Shown here: piece by piece, positions 18,730 through 28,504 of the stretch
Numbering within the stretch: the stretch's first letter is position 1
Layout: each line of letters starts with the position of its first letter
From: Moraxella sp.
GTDB taxonomy: Bacteria > Pseudomonadota > Gammaproteobacteria > Pseudomonadales > Moraxellaceae
DNA length: 60,182 bases
Reading direction: 5' to 3'
Assembly (NCBI GenBank): GCA_030538375.1
Contig: JAUNUB010000001.1
Coordinates: forward strand, 1 to 60,182
Program-made: the position numbers and the translations under genes
The notes under the pieces: model-generated
The model's input: the letters and a program-made list of their open reading frames with translations, nothing else
Told to the model about the DNA's origin: nothing
Databases searched by the model: none

Positions 18730-19878
18730 TTACAAATTATGGATAACATCAGAGTTAATCACAGGCACGCCAAGCTCGGCACACAGGTTCATCGCCCCTG
18801 TGATAAGGTTGCCAACAGCGAGCGGATACAATAGACTTTGCACCACTTTGCCTTTGTTGTCGGTGCGGACAAGTTTGTTTGTCATTGCCAAAATACCGCT
18901 CTCGTCAATGAGCTGGTTTAGTGCCTTTTGTTTGCCCAGACGGTGCGACAAATAACTGGCAAACTCATTTGGGGCGATTGGGTCAAGGGTGGCAATTTCA
19001 CAGCGTTGGACGACTTCACGAATGGCTGGGTTTTGCTCGGACAGCTTTAATGCCAGCTCGTTTTGACCGATAAGCACAATGCCTAAAAGTTTTTGGTAGC
19101 CGTCTTCTAATTCAAAAAAGCGTTTTAAATGCTTTAAGGTCGGCAAAGGCAAACTGTGGGCTTCTTCAATAATCAGCAGGTGTTTGTTGCCAGCCTTATG
19201 ACTTTCTTTTAAAAGCTGGTGGATTTGGCGAAAACGGGCTTCTGGACTGCGTTTGGCATTTTCAAGCGGGGCAAGTGCGTGCAGAATGCTTTCGGCAATA
19301 TGGGAGGATTTTAGCGTTTTGCCTTTGATGTCGTTGTCTTCTGTCGCTAGGACATAAGGCTCAATGACGATGATTGGCTGGTTTTCTTTGGCAATGTGGT
19401 CTATCAAGTCCCGTTTTAGCGTGGTTTTGCCAGCTCCCGACTCGCCAGTTACCGCCACAAAACCGCCGTGTTTTGCGGTGTGGAGCAAGGTTTCACGCAC
19501 ATAATGCACATCGTTTGACAAAAACAGCTCATCAGCACAGCGAATCTCGCTGGTAAAGGGGTTGGCAAATAAACCAAAGTGTTTTTTGGCACTCATTGTT
19601 AGGGTTTGTTTTCTAAGGAGCATAAGGCCTTCCTTTTGGTTAGGTTGGGGTTTTTGGGCTTGGGCTGTTGGCTTGGGGGCAAGGATAAGGTTGTCCGTCC
19701 CAATGCCACGACTTTGTAAAAATTTAACAACATCAGCGTCAATCTTGGCACGGTCTAGGCTTTTGGGATAAGTCCCTGTATTGACAAGACTGTTAATGCT
19801 TGCAGGGCTTAACCCAATGCCGTCCGCCAATGTTCGCTGACTGATTTTGTGTTTGGCTAATAGCTCTTTTAAGGTCAT
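18730..19878 (-). CDS. Transposition AAA+ ATPase (ExeA-like, MuB analogue) with N-terminal HTH
   Basis: GESGAGKT Walker A, IIEEAH Walker B, LIGQNEL; follows the transposase. Confidence 0.88.
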   Translation of the reverse strand: MTLKELLAKHKISQRTLADGIGLSPASINSLVNTGTYPKSLDRAKIDADVVKFLQSRGIGTDNLILAPKPTAQAQKPQPNQKEGLMLLRKQTLTMSAKKHFGLFANPFTSEIRCADELFLSNDVHYVRETLLHTAKHGGFVAVTGESGAGKTTLKRDLIDHIAKENQPIIVIEPYVLATEDNDIKGKTLKSSHIAESILHALAPLENAKRSPEARFRQIHQLLKESHKAGNKHLLIIEEAHSLPLPTLKHLKRFFELEDGYQKLLGIVLIGQNELALKLSEQNPAIREVVQRCEIATLDPIAPNEFASYLSHRLGKQKALNQLIDESGILAMTNKLVRTDNKGKVVQSLLYPLAVGNLITGAMNLCAELGVPVINSDVIHNL

Positions 19879-19887
19879 TTTTTGCTC

Positions 19888-21645
19888 CTAGCCCACCGCT
19901 CTTAGTAGCAGGTCATCAGTTTCATCTTGCAACGGCTCTTTTGGTAAAAGATACGCCACCACGCCATCAAGCTCATCTGGGGCAACGCCATCAGGGAAAG
20001 TGTCCACAATCTGTCCATAAAACTTGGGTTGCCAGTCATCGCCAAGCTGTGCTTTTAAGGTTTTGGCGACTTCCACAGGGGTTAAGGGTTTCAACACTTT
20101 TTTGGCGGTTAGGTGCAAGCTTTGGCTGATGTCCAGTCCCATGCCTTTTTTGGTAAGGTACAGCTGTGCCTTGTCGTCAATGTCCGCCATAATATCCACT
20201 TGTCCGTCATAGGCGACTGCCCTTGCCTTTCTTGCCTTGTCCACTTGTTCATTAGTGTTGGCATTGTAGGCTTGTTTGAGCATTGCTTTGCGGTTTTGCT
20301 CAGGGGTGGCTTGGGGTTTGGCAACAATGCTTTGTCCAACCACAGGGGCGTTCACATCAAAGCCAGCATTATCTTTGACAATCGGTACGACTGTATAAAT
20401 TTGCCCCTGCCACGCCACATCAATGTTTGGCACTCGGTAAGGGTTTACCACGATTTCAACTTGTGCCTTTGGGTAAATGCCATCAAGGTGCGTTAGGTCA
20501 TAGGCTTGGTTGCCAAAGCCCTTGACAGTATGGGTAACGGTCAAATCGCCACGCACTTTGACGGTTTTTGGGCGAGTGGTAATCAGCTCTTGGCACAGCT
20601 CACGACTGGGGGCAATCCTTAGCTGGTCGTTTGTGATGGTCAGCCAAACTTGGTTGCGAGTTTTTCTATGGCGTGTGTGAATGTGGTTGGCATTAAAATC
20701 AACTCTCCATTTGGTTGCCAAAGCGTTCAACTCATCAAGACTGCCCACTTTTAAAAAGGGCAAACGGCTTTCAAATTTGGTTTCTACCAAGTTTTGAGCT
20801 TGCTCTACCTGTCCCTTAGCCCGTGAGTTGCCTGTGGCGTGAACAATGGGCGTAACGCCAAACCGCTCCAAACCACCCATAAACAAACCACTTGTTAAAG
20901 ATGACCCCTTGTCCATTCCCAAATAAAACGGCACGGCGTGCATTGGGTCGGACGCATCTCGCTTTAAAATGGCATTGATAAACACCTGCGTTAAATTCTC
21001 TGCCGTTTCTGCCCCCAGCACATATTCTAGGTAAATCGCCCCCGAATAATGGTCGGTAATCACATAGCGGACAACCCGTTCTTTGGCGACTTTTTCTAGG
21101 TTTTTGGGCTTGTTTTTATAAAACTCTTTTTCGTCCATCATCTTTGCTCCGCCCTTTGGTAGGTAGAACAACACACAAACAGACGCATCAATCTGCCACA
21201 AATAATTTGGGTGCAAACTTCTTTGGCTGGTGTGAGCGGTTGGCACGGCAAGCTGGTCGGGGTGGCAATGGTACATTTTTAACGCCCTTAAAATGGTGCT
21301 GACATCAACATCAGGGAGTTTGCCCTGTGCTTTTAAAATTTCGGTGGCATCTTTGACTGACAAAATGCGTTTGCCGTTGTTGCGGGTCGCCACCAAAATC
21401 ATACCGCCGATGAGCTTGGCTTGCTCTTCGGTAATGACGGTTTTGCCTTTGTCGGTGCGGATTTTGCGGTCGCCTTTTTTGGTTTGTGGGGCAAGCCCTG
21501 CTTGTTTGAGCATTGCATAGACTTGCTTGGTAGAGCAGTTTAAAAACTTAGCCGACTGCTCCACAATCACACTCTTTTGACCGTGTACAGCGGTTTTTAG
21601 CCTGTCTGACACACCTTTAAGATAATCAAGGGTAGCACTATCCAT
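19888..21645 (-). CDS. DDE transposase (integrase core)
   Basis: WQIDAS, TDHYSG, MDKGS, RAKGQVE catalytic-type motifs. Confidence 0.92.
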   Translation of the reverse strand: MDSATLDYLKGVSDRLKTAVHGQKSVIVEQSAKFLNCSTKQVYAMLKQAGLAPQTKKGDRKIRTDKGKTVITEEQAKLIGGMILVATRNNGKRILSVKDATEILKAQGKLPDVDVSTILRALKMYHCHPDQLAVPTAHTSQRSLHPNYLWQIDASVCVLFYLPKGGAKMMDEKEFYKNKPKNLEKVAKERVVRYVITDHYSGAIYLEYVLGAETAENLTQVFINAILKRDASDPMHAVPFYLGMDKGSSLTSGLFMGGLERFGVTPIVHATGNSRAKGQVEQAQNLVETKFESRLPFLKVGSLDELNALATKWRVDFNANHIHTRHRKTRNQVWLTITNDQLRIAPSRELCQELITTRPKTVKVRGDLTVTHTVKGFGNQAYDLTHLDGIYPKAQVEIVVNPYRVPNIDVAWQGQIYTVVPIVKDNAGFDVNAPVVGQSIVAKPQATPEQNRKAMLKQAYNANTNEQVDKARKARAVAYDGQVDIMADIDDKAQLYLTKKGMGLDISQSLHLTAKKVLKPLTPVEVAKTLKAQLGDDWQPKFYGQIVDTFPDGVAPDELDGVVAYLLPKEPLQDETDDLLLRAVG

Positions 21646-21655
21646 AATGGTGTCC

Positions 21656-22528
21656 TTATTCGCTGTCGCCCAAATCTGTCGCCCAGTCGCTTGCCATCAT
21701 TGCCGACAAATCCACACCCAAAGACAAACCAAGCTCGGCAAGTCGGCTGTACAAAAAGCTGACTTCTTGCACGATTTTTTGGTTCAAATGGGGCAAGTAG
21801 TTTTCTTGGGCTTGCTCGGACAAGGTTTCAATCACCGCCCCAAACTGGCTGACGGCGGTCATCACCGTTTTTGTACTAACCCCAAGCTCGTCATTGATGT
21901 GGCTTTCCACTTCTTGTTGCACAACTTTGGCGTTATCAATCTGCTTTCGCACCGACAATTTTGCGTCCAATTCGTCAATTTTGCGGTTTTTGGTGGCAAG
22001 CACTTCGTCTTTGGCATCGTTTTCGGCGTGGGCTTGTTTTAGGGCTTTTTTTAGCTCGCTGACGCTCATTGTGTCAATGTCATCAAGGGTAATACCGCCC
22101 ACGCTCTCGCCACTATTTAAGGCTTCTAACTGGTCGTCATCTAGAGTGATGAGCTCAAGGAGCTTGGTTTGGCTGTCCACTTTGGCAATGAGTGAATTAA
22201 ACTCGCTTTTGACTTTTAGGGTCACCTGCATAAATTTTTGAGCCATTCTGGGCGAAAAGCCCAAAAGTTCAATGCGTTTGGCAAAGTCGCCGTGCGGACA
22301 CATTTCTTTTAAAATTAAAAGGCATTTACCCATTTCCAGTACTGCTTCTACGGTGCGACCTTGATAAAAGCGGATACGGTCTTCTAATGCCCCAACGGTC
22401 AGCTCGCCTTGATAATGGTAGTCTTCGGCAAGGCGGACGACATTGGCGTGGTGGTCGGCAATGCTTGGCTGGGAATTGGCTGGAATGGCTTCGGCAATTT
22501 GGGCTTGGCTTGTTTGTGTGGTTGTCAT
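21656..22528 (-). CDS. DUF3102-like DNA-binding protein
   Basis: E.GK.LLILKE.CPHGDF, R.AQKFMQ, LDDIDTMSVSELK. Confidence 0.7.
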   Translation of the reverse strand: MTTTQTSQAQIAEAIPANSQPSIADHHANVVRLAEDYHYQGELTVGALEDRIRFYQGRTVEAVLEMGKCLLILKEMCPHGDFAKRIELLGFSPRMAQKFMQVTLKVKSEFNSLIAKVDSQTKLLELITLDDDQLEALNSGESVGGITLDDIDTMSVSELKKALKQAHAENDAKDEVLATKNRKIDELDAKLSVRKQIDNAKVVQQEVESHINDELGVSTKTVMTAVSQFGAVIETLSEQAQENYLPHLNQKIVQEVSFLYSRLAELGLSLGVDLSAMMASDWATDLGDSE

Positions 22529-22547
22529 AGAATTTTTCCTTTTAAAA

Positions 22548-22568
22548 GCGAATTCAAATTCGCATTTG
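22548..22568. promoter_or_regulatory. Palindromic operator/parS-like site
   Basis: GCGAATTCAAATTCGCATTTG; exact inverted copy at 34790-34810. Confidence 0.65.
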
Positions 22569-22583
22569 CTTAACTAAAATGGA

Positions 22584-22868
22584 TTAAAAACGGCTGATAC
22601 GCTGGTTATATTCGTCAATCCGCTGTTGTAATCGCTCGGTTTCGCTTTGGTGGCTTTTGGCGATTTGCAGTAGGCTAATGGACAACTGATAACGCCCATC
22701 GGTGCGTTTTTCGGCAAAGCCTTCTGACACCAAATCGTCCAAATCTCGGCAAATGTTGGAGCTTGATGTTTTTAAAGCGGTGGCAAGCTCGGAGACGGAA
22801 ACACCGCTAAATGTTTTGCCCTGCAAGGCTTTGACAATTTGTAAGGCTCGTTTGGTAGCGTTTGCCAT
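22584..22868 (-). CDS. IclR-like winged-HTH protein
   Basis: RALQIVKAL, SELATAL..S.SNICRDL..L..EGFA. Confidence 0.75.
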   Translation of the reverse strand: MANATKRALQIVKALQGKTFSGVSVSELATALKTSSSNICRDLDDLVSEGFAEKRTDGRYQLSISLLQIAKSHQSETERLQQRIDEYNQRISRF

Positions 22869-23044
22869 AATAAAACTCCTAAAATAATGCCAATCACGGC
22901 AAAAAGATAAGTAAAGGCACGGTAAACATTCCGCTCACAGGTCATCTCATCAAGTTTTGCATTGGTGCAGTTTAAAGATGTAAGCAACAAAAATTCACTG
23001 ACGGTAACACGGCGTGGCTTTTGTCCTTTTGGGTCTGGGTGCAT
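22772..23044 (-). CDS. Small membrane protein
   Basis: AAGGA RBS, one TM segment; 3' part overlaps the next gene. Confidence 0.45.
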   Translation of the reverse strand: MHPDPKGQKPRRVTVSEFLLLTSLNCTNAKLDEMTCERNVYRAFTYLFAVIGIILGVLLWQTLPNEPYKLSKPCRAKHLAVFPSPSLPPL

Positions 23045-23105
23045 AAAATTTTCCTTTGTCAAGTGGGTTTTTAAAGTGTTAAAATATACGGTTAAACCTG
23101 TACGC

Positions 23106-23321
23106 TCATTCACCGCTTGATGATTTTAAGCCCAATTTCACCGCAATGGCGTGTCCTTCGCCATACAGGGCTTTGTTTTCGCCACGCATCACACGGTAAA
23201 CTTGGGTGGGCGAATAGCCGTTGTCTTCCGCCCATTGTTTTAAGGTTGTGCCTTCGGCATACAGGCGAGCCTTGACCGCGTTGGCTTTTTGCTTAAAGGT
23301 GGGGTTAATGGGGTGTGCCAT
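23106..23321 (-). CDS. Ner/Cro-like DNA-binding protein (BcepMu gp16-like)
   Basis: TLKQWA..NGY....VYRV.RG..K..YGEGH.IAVKLGLK; divergent from the repressor. Confidence 0.85.
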   Translation of the reverse strand: MAHPINPTFKQKANAVKARLYAEGTTLKQWAEDNGYSPTQVYRVMRGENKALYGEGHAIAVKLGLKSSSGE

Positions 23322-23345
23322 AGAATTACTCCGTTTGTGAATTGT

Positions 23346-23396
23346 ACGGTAATTACCGTTGGATTATGGTATATTGTAAGTGTATTTTTTACACTT
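23346..23396. promoter_or_regulatory. Immunity-region operators / divergent promoters
   Basis: Palindromes ACGGTAATTACCGT (23346-23359) and AAGTGTA..TACACTT (23378-23396). Confidence 0.6.
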
Positions 23397-23412
23397 GTAA
23401 AGGGGATTTTGT

Positions 23413-23865
23413 GTGATTTCTACACTTTTTAAACAAATTTTAGAAAAAAACAACTTAGAGTTACAAAATGTTGCCGAAATTATGGGCATCAGCCTAGACC
23501 GTGCCAAAAATTTGTCGTCAGGACGGGTCAAAAAATTTAAGCCAGAAGAGATGCAAGCCTTGATTTCAAAATTGGGGATTGACCCCCATTGGCTTGCCAC
23601 AGGGGAGGGGCAAATGTATCCACAAGACACCACGCCAAAGCTGTCATCGGACGAGGAATTGCTATTAGAAAGTTACCGCTCATTGCCAGCAGACCAGAAA
23701 AAACGCTTGCTAAGACTGGCACTATCAGGGCTTGAAGATGTGGGTAGTGGTATTCACAACAGCCCTTATGCCAACGCCACCATTACCGACAGTTTTAACG
23801 ATACGCCCAATCACGGCTATGTCAATCAAGGCACGCACAAAGGAGATGTGAATTTTGGAAAATAG
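23413..23865 (+). CDS. Prophage repressor (XRE HTH) with Gly/Asn-rich C-terminal tail
   Basis: HTH, IDPHWLATGEG, LS.DEELLL..YR.L; no S24 protease domain. Confidence 0.85.
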   Translation: MISTLFKQILEKNNLELQNVAEIMGISLDRAKNLSSGRVKKFKPEEMQALISKLGIDPHWLATGEGQMYPQDTTPKLSSDEELLLESYRSLPADQKKRLLRLALSGLEDVGSGIHNSPYANATITDSFNDTPNHGYVNQGTHKGDVNFGK

Positions 23866-24292
23866 GGGTTATATTAATCACGGTGAACATTTTGGTGATG
23901 TCAATTTGAACGGCTTTGTCCGCCCACCGCAAGGACATAAAAATGCAGTACATTGTCCCGAGTGCGACAATCTCACTTGGCGACATTCGCCCCATTGTGT
24001 TTGTTGCGGTTATGAAGTCAAAGAACACTTTTATCAACAAGAAGTGGCGATTAACATTGATATTGTCAGACGCAGATTGTTATGGAAATTGGCGTTTTTC
24101 TTGGGGGCAGTTGTGTTCTTTTATTGGCTGACCGTCAAGGGTAATCTGCCAATATATACGCCCTTGTTTTTGATGCTGGGACTGGCTTTAACTGTTAAGC
24201 CAGAGATAGAAAAAGACAGCAATAAGCTGGATATGCTACGCAAAGAACAAAAAATCTTTTGGTATAAGTCCAAATTTTTTGAAAAATTTTAA
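23855..24292 (+). CDS. Zinc-ribbon membrane protein
   Basis: TTG start after AAGGAG; CPEC..HCVCCG; two TM helices; N-terminal motif shared with the repressor. Confidence 0.8.
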   Translation: MENRGYINHGEHFGDVNLNGFVRPPQGHKNAVHCPECDNLTWRHSPHCVCCGYEVKEHFYQQEVAINIDIVRRRLLWKLAFFLGAVVFFYWLTVKGNLPIYTPLFLMLGLALTVKPEIEKDSNKLDMLRKEQKIFWYKSKFFEKF

Positions 24293-24307
24293 CCGCAAGG
24301 AAATTTT

Positions 24308-24757
24308 ATGAAAAAATCCCTGATTTTATCCGCTATGATGTTGGCATTGGTTGGCTGTGGTGAACCTACCCAACCCCAAGAAACTCAAGCCGAGCCACCG
24401 CAGGTCAGCGAACCTACACCCATCGCCGATTATAGCCAAATCAACAAAACCGAAGTACAAGCCTATGTGGGCAAAATCAGCGATGCCATAGAAAAAACCA
24501 AAACCGTCAATTTAAGCGATACAACAGCAATGCACGATTGGAGCAAGGTTATTGATAATCTTAAACAAGAAGGCTTACAATATGGCGAAAATTTATTCAG
24601 TGAACCCTATGGACGATGTGCTATACTAGGCATTGACGCACAGGACTACTGGCAACAAGTGCGTGGTGGCGATAAGCTAAACCTTGCCAGCGATGTCCTA
24701 AACCGCTTTAATGACAACAAAAAAGCCTGTGAAGAAGTCCTGCAAGGCTTGCCCTAA
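24308..24757 (+). CDS. Lipoprotein (possible exclusion or sensor component)
   Basis: MKKSLILSAMMLALVGC lipobox, Pro/Glu linker. Confidence 0.8.
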   Translation: MKKSLILSAMMLALVGCGEPTQPQETQAEPPQVSEPTPIADYSQINKTEVQAYVGKISDAIEKTKTVNLSDTTAMHDWSKVIDNLKQEGLQYGENLFSEPYGRCAILGIDAQDYWQQVRGGDKLNLASDVLNRFNDNKKACEEVLQGLP

Positions 24758-24760
24758 TTC

Positions 24761-24805
24761 CCTTAAACCTCCCTAAAATCCCCACAACTCCCCCAATGCT
24801 ATCCT
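24761..24805 (+). promoter_or_regulatory. Activator-dependent late promoter 1 (lysis)
   Basis: CCTTAAACCTCCCTAAAAT, 20 nt, TATCCT. Confidence 0.75.
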
Positions 24806-24835
24806 AGCCCCATTATCCACAAATGGGGCTTTTTT

Positions 24836-25333
24836 ATGACTTACATTAGCAAACATTTTAGTTATCGTGAAATGACCCGTAGCGAAACCTCCAGACGGCA
24901 TGGCATTGATAACACACCAAATTCTACCGAGCTTGACAATATCCGCTACACCGCCGAACAGATGGAAAAGGTGCGTGAATATCTTAATGAAAAATATCAA
25001 AAACCCATTGCCATCATCGTTACTTCCTGCTTTCGCAATGAAAAAGTCAATCGGCTGGTGGGCGGAAGCAAAACTTCTGCTCACCGATATGGCTTGGCGG
25101 TGGATTGTGATGCCACAGGCTTTACATCAACGGCTTTTGCCAAAGAAATTATGGAAATAAAAGATAAGGGCTTAATTAACTATGACCAGCTTATCCTAGA
25201 ATTTCCAGAACGGGGCGATGGGGCTTGGGTGCATATTGGCTTTAAGAAAAATGGTGTCGGTCAGCGTGAGCAGGTACTCACGGCGGTCAAACAAAACGGC
25301 AAAACCAAATATCTGCAAGGGCTGGTGGTATGA
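24836..25333 (+). CDS. Endolysin, peptidase M15A
   Basis: SCFR...VN..VGGS.TSAH..G.AVD, WVHIG. Confidence 0.9.
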   Translation: MTYISKHFSYREMTRSETSRRHGIDNTPNSTELDNIRYTAEQMEKVREYLNEKYQKPIAIIVTSCFRNEKVNRLVGGSKTSAHRYGLAVDCDATGFTSTAFAKEIMEIKDKGLINYDQLILEFPERGDGAWVHIGFKKNGVGQREQVLTAVKQNGKTKYLQGLVV

Positions 25334-25560
25334 AATTTAACATCAAACTTGTGGACAACTGGCAAACAGGCTATAAGTGGTTTTCTAACTGGGCGTTTAT
25401 CTTGATTGTTTTTCTTGCCACCACGCCCTTGCCACCAGAAATTACCAACCTATTACCGCCAGTCGTTCAAGACAAATTGACCGCCATTGTGGCGGTGTGT
25501 GGCTTGATTTTACGCTTTATCAAACAGTCCAATCCCAATGCAGGGCAAGGGGGTGGATAA
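25330..25560 (+). CDS. Putative holin
   Basis: 76 aa, two TM segments, follows the endolysin. Confidence 0.65.
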   Translation: MKFNIKLVDNWQTGYKWFSNWAFILIVFLATTPLPPEITNLLPPVVQDKLTAIVAVCGLILRFIKQSNPNAGQGGG

Positions 25561-25760
25561 TGGTGGGCACGATTGAAAAAGCAAACGCCCATTATGAAGT
25601 TTGGCTAAATGCCCAACTTCACAAAACCCAAGCCCCACCGAACAATATTACCGAGTGCATAGACTGTGGGGGCGAGATTGGCGAAAAACGCAAACAAGTC
25701 ATCCCCTATGCGGTGCGGTGTGTGGCGTGTCAGTCCGAATTTGAAAGGGGTAAGCAATGA
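25560..25760 (+). CDS. TraR/DksA C4 zinc-finger protein
   Basis: CIDCG.EI...R...P.A.RCVACQ. Confidence 0.85.
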   Translation: MVGTIEKANAHYEVWLNAQLHKTQAPPNNITECIDCGGEIGEKRKQVIPYAVRCVACQSEFERGKQ

Positions 25761-26098
25761 TTTTTAAACTGGAACTGTATCAGCTTATCACATTGGCAAT
25801 TACCCTGTGCGGTACGCTGTGGGGTGTGGGTAAGGCGTTTTTTAATCGGGTGGAAAGCTCCATCAAAGAGAAAGACGAAACCCTAGCCAAAGCCCTAAGT
25901 AGCTTGGGAGACAAGCTGGACAAAGAGAGCGAAGCCATTCGTCATCTTGACCGTGAGCTACTCAAACTCAAAGCCGAATTGCCCCGTGAATTTGTTGCCA
26001 AAGAAGATTTTATCCGCTCGTTTACGGTCGTTGAAGCCAAGATTGACGCAGTGCAAAACACCCTAAATCTTAGGTTAAATAATAAGGAAAAACAATGA
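25757..26098 (+). CDS. Membrane-anchored coiled-coil phage protein
   Basis: N-terminal TM, LPREFV.KEDFIR; position before the gp26-like gene. Confidence 0.7.
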   Translation: MIFKLELYQLITLAITLCGTLWGVGKAFFNRVESSIKEKDETLAKALSSLGDKLDKESEAIRHLDRELLKLKAELPREFVAKEDFIRSFTVVEAKIDAVQNTLNLRLNNKEKQ

Positions 26099-26406
26099 CG
26101 ATTGATTTGCAAAAAACACGCCGTGAGTCTATGCGGTGGTATTTGCTAAAAGCCCTTGATAACGCCCGTCCTTTGGGGGCGTTAGATGTGCTTTTGCTTG
26201 ATGTGATGCGAAGCATTTACCCAGACAGTACGGCTACCGAGGTACACAGCCAGCTGGATTATTTGCAGTCGGCAGGGCTTGTAGAACTTGACAAACGCCC
26301 AGGCGGACATTGGCACGCCAAATTAAACCACACAGGTGTTGATGTGGTGGAGTATGTGGCGGAGTGTCCTGTGGGCATTGCTCGCACGGCTAAATACTGG
26401 ACTTAG
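26095..26406 (+). CDS. Mu gp26-like protein
   Basis: RRE..RW.LL.AL, LDYL, G.DVVEY....P.GIAR. Confidence 0.75.
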   Translation: MTIDLQKTRRESMRWYLLKALDNARPLGALDVLLLDVMRSIYPDSTATEVHSQLDYLQSAGLVELDKRPGGHWHAKLNHTGVDVVEYVAECPVGIARTAKYWT

Positions 26407-26417
26407 GGGGGCGACAA

Positions 26418-26966
26418 GTGGCACGAATGACTGCAATAGACCGCCTAAGCCTAGAACATAAAAAGCTCCTTGACGAAAAATTAACCACCAATGGCTTTCA
26501 CAGCTATGTGGAGCTGACCGAGTGGCTTAATGAGCTGGGCTATGAAATTGGCAAATCGTCCTTGCACCGCTATGGGCAAAAGCTGGAAAAGAAACTCTCT
26601 GCCATCAAAGCCAGCACCCAAGCATCGCTGATGATTGCCGAAGCCATTCCTGACGATGGGGACGCTCGTTCGCAAGCCGTTTTGTCGCTTGTGCAAACTG
26701 AAATTTTTAATGCTCTGGTTGCCTTACAAGACTTGGAAGACGATGAGAGCATTGACCCTGTCAAACGCTTGGCAATGATAACAAAGGCAGGTAAAGGCAT
26801 TAGCGAGATTGTCAAAGCATCCATCTTACAAAAACAGCACGCCATTGATGTGCGTGAAAAAGCCGAAAAAGCCGCCCAAACGGTGCAAGAGATTGTCAAA
26901 TCAAGTGGTTTGTCGGACGAAACCGCCAACCTTATCCGTGCTAAGATTTTGGGGATTGCTGAATGA
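26418..26966 (+). CDS. Terminase small subunit (DUF3486 / Mu gp27-like)
   Basis: GY.I.KSS.HRYGQ, GLSDE....IR..ILGI; upstream of TerL. Confidence 0.8.
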   Translation: MARMTAIDRLSLEHKKLLDEKLTTNGFHSYVELTEWLNELGYEIGKSSLHRYGQKLEKKLSAIKASTQASLMIAEAIPDDGDARSQAVLSLVQTEIFNALVALQDLEDDESIDPVKRLAMITKAGKGISEIVKASILQKQHAIDVREKAEKAAQTVQEIVKSSGLSDETANLIRAKILGIAE

Positions 26967-28492
26967 TGAGTGTGCAAGCTCCAAGCGTTCTATTACCCTA
27001 TCAACAAGACTGGGTTGCCGACCAATCGGAAGTAAAAATCTTTGTCAAATCACGGCGTATCGGTGGCTCGTGGGTGGAGGCTGGCGAATCCGCCCTTGAA
27101 GCGTCTCGTACCAATGGGCAGGACACTTGGTACATTGGCTATACAAAGGATATGGCGATTGAGTTTATCCGTGATACGGCAGATTGGGCGAAATTTTATA
27201 ACCTTGTGGCAGGCGAGATAGAAGAACACGAAGAAATCTTTGAAAATGGCGATGAGAAAAAGGCAGTTTTGGCGTACAGCATTAAATTTGCCAGTGGCTA
27301 CCGTGTTACCGCCCTGTCATCATCGCCCAGAAACTTGCGTGGTAAGCAGGGTCGTGTCGTCATTGATGAAGCCGCTTTCCACGATGACTTAGAAGAGCTG
27401 TTAAAGTCTGCTCTTGCTCTGACGATTTGGGGTGGCTGTGTGCGGATTATTTCTACGCACAACGGAGCGACCAACCCTTTTAACCTGCTGGTGGAAGATG
27501 CCAAAGCGGGCAAATTGCCGTACAGTTTGCACCATTGCACCTTTGATGAAGCCTTAGCACAAGGGCTGTACAAGCGTATTTGTTTAAAAAGAAACCTACA
27601 ATGGACAGCCAAAGGCGGGCAAGAATGGGCGGACAAAATCCGTGCAATGTATGCCGATAATGTGAACGAAGAGCTTAACTGCATTCCCAAAAATAGCGGT
27701 GGTAAATACCTGTCTCGTGCCTTGATTTTGAACGCAATGAATGACGAAACGCCTTATCTGATGTACCAAGAAACGGACGAGTTTAATCTACAATCCGACA
27801 GCGTGCGAGAAATGGCGTGTCGTGAATGGTGCGTGGATAATTTGGATTTAGTCCTTGCCGATTTGCCCCAAAATACGTGCTGTTTTGTGGGGGCGGACTT
27901 TGGACGAAATGGCGATAAAACCGCCTATGTCATTGGCACAAAAACCGAGACGATAAGGCTAAAAGTGGTGTGCGTGGTGGAGCTTGCCAACATTCCATTT
28001 AGCCAACAAGAGCAGGTGTTAAACCACATTTGCGACCGTATCCGCCTACTGGGAATGGCGATGGACGCTACAGGCATTGGGGCAGCAAGTAGCGAAAAAG
28101 CAATGCACCGCTACGGCTCATCTGTGGTGGAGATGATAAAGCTGTCGCAAACGTGGTACAGCCTAAATATGCCCCCGTTCAAATCCGCCCTAGAAGATGG
28201 CGTGCTGACCGACATTCCACGCCACGACAATATTTTATCCGACCTGTTTGCCTTTGAAGTCATTGGCGGTGTGCCAAAACTTCCCACCAAGAAAAACGCA
28301 GGTAAGAACGCAAGCGGTAAAAAAGACAAAAGACACGGCGACACGGCGGTGGCTCTTGCCTTGCTTTATTATGCTTTTATGAATTTGAATGACGGCGAGC
28401 TTGTCATCAAAAGTCGGCAAGTAGAACACAAAGAACCAATGGCAATGGGCGTATTGACTCGCTTTAAACGAATGATTAAGGGCTATGATTAA
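26963..28492 (+). CDS. terL: Terminase large subunit
   Basis: KSRRIG, LRGKQG.VVIDEAAF, G.DFGR.GD, MDATGIG, HGD. Confidence 0.92.
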   Translation: MMSVQAPSVLLPYQQDWVADQSEVKIFVKSRRIGGSWVEAGESALEASRTNGQDTWYIGYTKDMAIEFIRDTADWAKFYNLVAGEIEEHEEIFENGDEKKAVLAYSIKFASGYRVTALSSSPRNLRGKQGRVVIDEAAFHDDLEELLKSALALTIWGGCVRIISTHNGATNPFNLLVEDAKAGKLPYSLHHCTFDEALAQGLYKRICLKRNLQWTAKGGQEWADKIRAMYADNVNEELNCIPKNSGGKYLSRALILNAMNDETPYLMYQETDEFNLQSDSVREMACREWCVDNLDLVLADLPQNTCCFVGADFGRNGDKTAYVIGTKTETIRLKVVCVVELANIPFSQQEQVLNHICDRIRLLGMAMDATGIGAASSEKAMHRYGSSVVEMIKLSQTWYSLNMPPFKSALEDGVLTDIPRHDNILSDLFAFEVIGGVPKLPTKKNAGKNASGKKDKRHGDTAVALALLYYAFMNLNDGELVIKSRQVEHKEPMAMGVLTRFKRMIKGYD

Positions 28493-28504
28493 AAAGGGTA
28501 ACTG

